In this document: positions 56,401-64,000 of the stretch, piece by piece
Layout: every line of letters begins with the position of its first letter
Position numbering within the stretch: the stretch's first letter is position 1
Source of the DNA: Paraspadella gotoi
Lineage: Eukaryota > Animalia > Chaetognatha
NCBI GenBank assembly: GCA_051294375.1
Contig: CM119265.1
Span: forward strand, 9,184,772 to 9,248,771
Reading direction: 5' to 3'
Length of the DNA: 64,000 nt
Made by a program: the position numbers and the translations under genes
Notes under the pieces: generated by a model
What the model was told of the DNA's origin: nothing
The model's input: the letters and a program-made list of their open reading frames with translations, nothing else
Database searches by the model: none

Positions 56401-59400
56401 TCAGTTCCATCTTCATCTCCATATTCTCTCCCTCGAGCGGCCAAAGGGAAGAAAGAGGTATGACAATATGTTTATAATGGCTCGAAACTCCGGCGCGATT
56501 CACCGCAGGGAGAAAGGGCTGAAGAAAAGGAAATGAAGGAAAGGGAAAAAAAAAAAGAAGGGAATGAAAGAAAAAATAAGGAATGGGAAAAAGAAAAAAA
56601 AAGGAGATAGAATAACGGAAGAGGAGAGCAGGAGACGGAGAGAGAAGAAAAAGGCGGAGGAGAAAAAGAAAGGAAAGGAAAGAAAAGAAAAGGAAAAAAA
56701 AGAAAAGAAAAGAAAAGAAAAAGAAAAGAACAGAGAAAGAAAAGAAAAGAAAAGAAAGAAAAGGAAGTAAGGGGAGAAGAAAACAAAATATAGGTAAAAA
56801 AGAAAGAAAAGGAAAAAAAACTAAAAGGAAAGGAAATTTAAAAAAATGAAATGGATTTGAAAAAGAAGGAGGAATTATTAAGAAGGAAAGAAAACCAAAA
56901 AAAAGGGAATTGAAGAGGATTTTGAAAATGGTACAAACCAATATATAATATGTGATAAGAAGGAAGGATGGAATGATGCTGAACTTTTATCAAAAACAAC
57001 ACCCACTTTCTTTCTCTGTTTCTTTACCCAAAATCTCTCTATCATTGGACTTGTTGACGGGCGAACCTTACCCAAATCAAATCCCACCACTATCCCTGTA
57101 CCCTTGACCCTCTTGACGGCGTAAAGGTAGCGTTTCGGTGACGACGCACTTGGCGGTCGGGGAATCGACGGATCAATTGACTTCGAAGTCGACCGAGTTC
57201 GAGTGGATCGACCGAGGAAGTCGCGCGCGAAGGCCTTCTCCTCCTCGGAAAGAGGAGGAGAGAAGGAGGAAGAGGGGAAGGAGGGAAGAGGATGAGCCAG
57301 GTGCGGAGGGGAAGGAGAAAAGGAGATAGGAGATTGAGGAGGAGGACGCGCATTGATGGGCAAGGAGGGAGGAAGGAGGAGGGCTCTGTCGATGGATGGG
57401 ATGGGGGAAACTGCAAATGGGTAAGGCTTGGTAGGGGGAAAGGGAGAATAGATTATGGGGGGGAAAAGGTGAAAATTATTACAAAAAACTTATTTTTTGA
57501 CTGAACTGTAGAATCACCTAAAAAATAAAAAAACTTTACATTTTGGTGACCCTATTTAAGGGACTCTATAATGAGGACCATTTTTTTTAATGGACCCTTT
57601 CACTTTTTTACTTCTTAAACTTTCCTCACAAGCGCTTAATTGCAAACGTCAACATTGTTACATTTTCCTAAAAAGGTTATTTTTCTTCATGGCGCTCTGT
57701 GACATCTTCAGTTAAAGGCATAGCAAAAATTTTAAATTTAACTTTAATTAAAATTCTAAAAGGGAGGAACGAACAAACATTATACTAATGAAACATTTAT
57801 GTATTAAAAAATTTTTATAATAAATTTTACAATTTACACAGTAGGGCCATATTTATACGAGTACTTAATTCCAATAAATGTTAAAATTTCCAAAATAGTT
57901 TTTTTGTGAGATTTTTTTAAGATTTGGATCATCATGAAAGTTGATAAAAAGAAATATAACTCTTTTTAAAAATTCTAATAAGTGATCAAATATGAAATAA
58001 AAACCTATATTTTTAAGCTGAAAATTAAAATTTTATATATTAAGTTGTGACGGTATATTCACACAAAGTATGTTTTTTAAATTTTTTAACCACTAATGAA
58101 ATAATTTTTTTGAAAATGATTTATATTTTCTTATATCCACTTGTCGGCGAGCGGAAATTCAAATCTCCAATCAAAATTAAGAAAAGCCTAATTTGAAATT
58201 TTTCGATTTTATAAGATAGTACTATATATAATAATAATGATCCTATTCCGACCATCCCTCCCCCCCAGCTCTCTTCACTCCACAAGCCTTTCACGCCGGA
58301 AGCTCATCCAGTGGAGGCGTGGGTGTCTCACCTGACGCCATGGTGATTTTTCGGCGTCCAGCGATTCTTCTCCAATTTCGTTGCCGCAATAACAAACAGG
58401 CGAAGGAGATCCTTGGGGTTTCAATACCGGAACGAACAATCGTTTGGCGCCGACTGAAAAATGCAAAGACCGGGAGATGATTGTGAGATGTTATCATCAC
58501 AGATGATATGTGAGAATGATTATCCCTCACAAGATGATTTGAATGATTATCACCGATGATTATGAGATGATATCATCACAGATGAATAGACCCGAATAGA
58601 GGATTAAGTAAAAGGATTACGATTTTCTGAATTATTAAATCGTATGATTTAGCTATTATGTAAAAATTAAATGTTATATTCTTATTCGAGGGCGAGGTAT
58701 ACAGATCATTTTTACATTATTTACCACATTCAAAAAACAGCTTTTCTTTTTTAGGAAAAAAAATACAAGAAAACCATAAAAATTCGCTTCTTTCTCTTCT
58801 TCAATATCACGGGATTTTTTTTTTTTTTTTTTTTTTTTCGATCGTATACGAAAAACCTAGTCGGAAAGGATGTGGGTTGAGAATAAAAGAAAAACTGAGT
58901 CGAAAAGGAAAGGCATTGAAGATGTGAAAGAAAAACTTCGGTCGAGAAAGGAAGTGATGTAAAAGGTAAAAAGAAACGGGTCGGAAAAAAAGGAGGAAAA
59001 ATGTGGAGTGTGGAAAGAAGAGGTAAAAGAAAAGAAAAAACCTGAGGTCGAAAGAAAAGGTAGAAAAATGGCGAGTGTGGAAAGAGAGGTAAAAGAAAAG
59101 AAAAAACCTGAGGTCGGAAAGAAAAGGAGGAAAGGCGGAGTGTGGAAAGAAGAGGTAAAGAAAGAAAAAACCTGGGGTCGGAAAGAAAAGGGAAAAGGTG
59201 GAGTGTGGAAAGAAAGAGGTAAAAGAAAATAAAAAACCTGAGGTCGAGAAAGAAAAGGAGGAAAAGGTGGAAGTGTGAAAGAGAGGTAAAAGAAAAGAAA
59301 AACTTCAGGTCGGAAAGAAAAGGAGGAAAAGGTGGAGTGGTTGAAAAGAAAAAGAAAACGAGGTCGGAAAGAAAAGCGAGAAATAGGCGAGGGTGGAAAG

Positions 59401-61290
59401 AAGAGTAAAAAAAAGGTTGAAAAGGGGTTGAAAGAAGGCAGCGAAAAAACGGTTTAAAAGAAGATTGATAAGAAGGGTTTTAAAACTTGAACAAGTTGAA
59501 AGAAAAGGAGGAAAATGATAGTCGAAAAAGAAAATGTACGGACAGGAGTGTAAAATAAATACTGAAAGGAAACGTGATAGAGTGAAGCCTGTAGAGCCCA
59601 AGGTTCCCGGAAAGAAAAGAGCGTGAATCGGTGAAGTGCAACGGGGGAAATTTTGTGAATTTTGATGCGTGAACGAATTGACTCGCGAACGAAGTCACAA
59701 ATTATTCACGGGGACGAAGCGGGGATCACATTATCTTTCCGCGCGATGACTTGGCTCAACTCTTGCTCCTCAACTTCTCCAGAGGCTCGACTCGGTTTGC
59801 TCAACTCCCTTTCCTCGGTCTTCTCATCCTCCATCCAACCACTTCTGGACGTCGCTGTTACCTGGATATTTTTACAGTTTATTTCGTGTGATTCTCGTAC
59901 CCATATCATCTTCTCATCTCTCAACTCCTCAGTTTTTTCATCCCCTCATTCCTTTTTCGCGTCAACTACAAATTCCCAGTTCCTTCCTTCATTCTAACGT
60001 TTGTTGTTCTTTTCTACAATTTCCATTTCCTGGAACTTCAGGTCCAATTACATGAAATCATCTAATACTCCTCATAAACTCTTTAATCCGATGTTCCCTG
60101 GTTCCACAGTTCACTCAACAACGCCCAATCCAAAGCTTCGTTAGGGTCATCTTCTTGCCAAACCAGTTTGAAGTTTAGACTGTAGAGAGTAGACCCCAGA
60201 CAAACCCATCTCATTCCATTCCTCTGAGCCATCTCTCCACCGCCAAACGCTTCCCCTTGCCAATGCCAGCATAATCCTTTTCACGCCGGATCTCGTCTCA
60301 CGTCTCATGATCACCGATTCACGATTCCCGATTCTCACGATTTCCTCCCTCGTCGCTCGAGTCATTCACCGCGTTAATGTTATCGCAGGACACGAGCATT
60401 CCCACAGAGAGACGTTGCTTATTGTTTATAAGCCGTTGGATCTAGTCATAGACTAGCTTGTATAGCCGTTTTTTTTCCAATTAATCGCCAATGGTTACGG
60501 AAGATTTCTAACTGCCGTTGCCTCGCTTAGGGCCAGAATACTGCCCTTGCTTTTCAGTTCTAGGCATTGTTTAATTGCAGTTACTATTACTACTATTCTA
60601 TCGTCTGGTTTTAATGCTCCAGCAGGGACTTTGCTCGCTCATTGTTAACCCAGACGTTTTCCTTTATATTATCGCAGCAGTAAAATATTCACGTTGGTGA
60701 TTTCGATTTCATATTTCTTTTTCCGTTCTTCCTTTGCGTTTTCCAGAAATAAGATTCCTGTTCTCCCATAATTTTTTTCTTTAAATCGAGACGGAAATAT
60801 TTTGTTCTTTGAAAAAAAGAAGAGAAGAAAAAAAAATCTTAATCTTCTTTTTTCCGTGACATTTTCCATTTTTATTTTATTCTATTTTTTCTACTTTTTA
60901 GCGACGCGCGAAACCGAAAGAGGAGATACGTCTGTCTGTCGGTCCGTCGCGCCATAAACCAGTCTTTTCCGTCGTCGCGAGAGGGCGCATCTGCTCAGGC
61001 GCTTTACGGTCTCTGGACTTTGTAGACCCGCGTAGTCTATCGGCCTTCGATTCTGCTTGCTTTCTATTTTCTTCGAGAAAAGAATAAGAATTTCGTTTGT
61101 TTTATTCGCTTTAATCCCGTTTGATTTGAGACTTTTTTGAACTTGGTATCAATTTGTCTTTTTCTTTATTTTACGACTTTCAAGTTTGACATTTTGACTC
61201 GAAAAAAATTTGACATTTCTAAATAAGAAATACGAGGTTTAGTTTCATTGCTCTCTCCAAATCTCTCTGCTCTCTGTCTCTCTCTCTCTC

Positions 61291-61334
<44 letters not shown>

Positions 61335-62483
61335 TCTCTCTCTCGCCTTTCTTTTCCGACGGTTGCAACGGAGGCGAGGCTCTGGATCGGAGTCGCTCTC
61401 GGCTGTCAACGCGAAGTAACCAACGCCGCTTCCGCCGCCGCCGTCGCCGGCTGTCCGCCGCCGCAGCCGCCTCTTTCGCCGCTTTATCTGATTAAGATGA
61501 AAGAGAAAACAATAAAAATGCATCAAAAAATCGATGCCCTTTTTTTAAATTCTTTCCCCATCATTTTTCAAGCTTCGAGAGGCGAAGCGACGCCTGCCGT
61601 CGATATTTATTATTTAGCGTCGACTTATGTAATCGACGGTAAAAACATTGTCACCTTCCTCGCGATAAAAACGACGACGGACGACGACGACGACAACAAC
61701 GTCACAGACAAATGACGATGACGTCCAAAAAGAAAGCCTTTTTAAAATCCTGGTGATTTGTTGGCTCACAATCCCCATCAAATATGTCATTATCTTGTAA
61801 AGTGATGGAAGGCCTTAAACACCAAGCCTGTCCAAAGTCAGGGCAAGATAGCGTATTATTTAAATGAATGGATAATTTTTATATATTGTTTGTACCAATT
61901 TCATATCATCTCGACAAATCTGTCACAAAATATAATGTTAATTCAACTTCGTCCCTTCTTGTTATAAATATTAATTTTATAAATTATCTGATATCGACGA
62001 CGACAACGCCGCCTCATAACGGACACACAAAATAAAATTTGTCGGAAAAATTGATATATGGCGGAGAAAGGTATGTTTTCATTTTTTTTTCTCGCCAAGC
62101 AACTGCCTCCATGTCTTCAACTTCGCTCACATTCTCTGTCGCCTAGCAACGCCTTCTCACCGCTAAACAAGAGCAATCCTTCTTAGGATCGACGCCGATT
62201 CGTTCGAGTCTCACGATTTCCTCGAATTTACTCCTCAAAATCGAGGAAAAATTCTCCAGATTGAATCCTTGAGACGTGAGGTGAGTCACGAGGGGCGCCC
62301 TCTCTGGAAAAGGGGTGCAGGGGGGGGGGTGGTTGGGAGCGGTGGTTACGGTGGGTGGTTTAGAAGAGGATCCGTTGAAAAGATCGCGTGACACGGTGGA
62401 CACGGGAACCACGTGACACCGGGGGATCGAAATTGACTTCGATCGGTTCTCGCGAATAATTTGAATAATAATTTAATAATAAT

Positions 62484-62554
<71 letters not shown>

Positions 62555-63620
62555 TAATAATAATTTGAATAATAATTTGAATAATAAATTTGAATTTGCG
62601 AATAATTTGAATTCGAAAGACGCGAGTTGATGGATTATAATCGAATAATTATTAACGAACTAAACGAGAGCAAAGTAGGACGCGGTAATCTCATTAAAGA
62701 ACTTGGCTTTTAAAAGTCATACGCGGTAGGCAGAGAGGATGTGAAAGAAACAAAAAAAAGTGCCATCTCTATATAAATCTTAAATCTTAAAGTATACCCT
62801 GAGACAACTTAATGTGGTAGGTCAGTAAAATTCGATAAGGCAGGATTTTTTTTTTTTCTAAAAATTTTTAGTATTTATGATTGTTACAATTTGAATGTCT
62901 ATATGTCTATCATTATCTACAAAAGCATAAGCTTTTAATTTCAGACCTCTCCCAACTTTCTATTACTTTTCGTTATTGAAATATAAGTAAAAATTAGAAT
63001 TTTTTTTTTTTTCAAAAATATTAATCAATTAGTACCTTTTTAATAGATTATTTTCTTAAAAATAAAGATACCAAATATTATATACCTTATTAATGACGTT
63101 TTTAGTAATACTTATAGGTAGAAATATTCACCGCGTTACAAAAATAATTTTGATCTCGATCCATATAAGAAAGGAAACCTCTATTTTTACAATCGACGAC
63201 GACGACAACAACAACAAAACCTCGACTCAATCGTGCAACAAGAGTTCACTAATGGTATCGCATCGTGAGATAAAAACGAAGGAGGAGAAAAAAAAAACTG
63301 TCCGACTAAAAAGATTATTAATTTTCTTATCTCGTTCGTTCACTCTACGCGACTTTTCACAAAAATTAATTCATTAATTCTTAGTCTTATAGCCTGTATC
63401 TAGCCTATAATAAAGGCAACCACACAGCAAGGCGTTCATAAGACCAAGCAGAAAGACGCCATTCACATTTCACTCGATGTCACCAGATTGCCATCCCAAG
63501 GTCAAATAACCTGGATTGTCAAGAATCCACGATTTCATTCTCTTCCGAATGACGTGTTTTGTGGCGTGATTGAGTTGCCATAGAAACTCGTCCACCGTCG
63601 GATCGAGCCGCTTCGCGTCG
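50795..63620 (-). pseudogene. Duplicate of exons 4-8 of the 14-exon gene with many frameshifting indels (probably consensus errors)
   Basis: Exon copies near 63620-63511 (intact), ~62300-62160, ~58450-58330, ~57410-57100 and ~50892-50795. All but the first are disrupted by single-base indels. Confidence 0.6.
55441..56051 (+). mobile_element. Second copy of the deleted Tc1 element (inside the duplicated segment)
   Basis: Same TIRs and internal sequence as 34260-34868, with indels. Confidence 0.88.
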
Positions 63621-63655
63621 CTGCCGTCGCCGGAGAGGGAGAGAGAGAGAGAGAG

Positions 63656-63725
<70 letters not shown>

Positions 63726-64000
63726 AATATAACAAAGGAGCAATCCGCTATTTCTCATTCGCCTCTCGTTTTGTTTTGTTTTGTTTTCGCGTCAAAAGCG
63801 AAATTAAGTCGACGTTGACGACGATATACGAACGACGACGAGACGATGGAAAAAAAATGCGTCGGTTGATTTCAAACAAAACGTTCTATTTTTTTTTTGC
63901 CAATTTTCCCGGGTGACAGATGTCTTTCCAGAGTCAAGCTTGACTATCTAAAAAAAAATACGCATTAGAAAAAGTACTAAAGAGTCTGCCCTTTATTCTT

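Larger units (their letters stand above)
50005..64000 (+). repeat. ~14 kb direct second copy of 28874-42696 (probable uncollapsed, low-quality haplotype)
   Basis: Collinear similarity throughout (repeats, exons 4-8, Tc1 element). Starts immediately after an N gap and is dominated by scattered 1-bp indels. Confidence 0.95.

Overview
AT-rich eukaryotic (invertebrate-like) genomic DNA from a gapped draft assembly, with spliceosomal GT-AG introns, abundant (AG)n/(GAC)n/(AAT)n microsatellites and five N gaps. Most ORF-track entries are shadows of simple repeats. By hand I could build four gene models. (1) A 3-exon secreted protein with two tandem F5/8-type-C (discoidin)-like domains (3705-2547, minus). 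(2) A phase-consistent 14-exon, ~649-aa gene I cannot assign to a family (44067-12655, minus), with a Lys/Gly-rich N-terminus, poly-Pro tracts, an internal GFxWRxF...LE[KR]IGxDP repeat and RFX X-box-like sites, possibly ciliary/sperm-related. (3) A start-less ~7-TM open frame nested on the same strand in one intron of gene 2. (4) Exon 1 of a calmodulin-like gene, cut off by a gap. The window also holds many non-autonomous transposons, some nested: Tc1 deletion derivatives, HINE/DINE-like elements, a TSD-flanked AT-rich family, a tRNA-like SINE head and a hammerhead-like remnant. 50005-64000 is an indel-rich second copy of 28874-42696, most likely an uncollapsed haplotype. I found no prokaryote-type system (no CRISPR, no operons) and no convincing new multi-gene system. 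All gene models are manual and need RNA-seq support.
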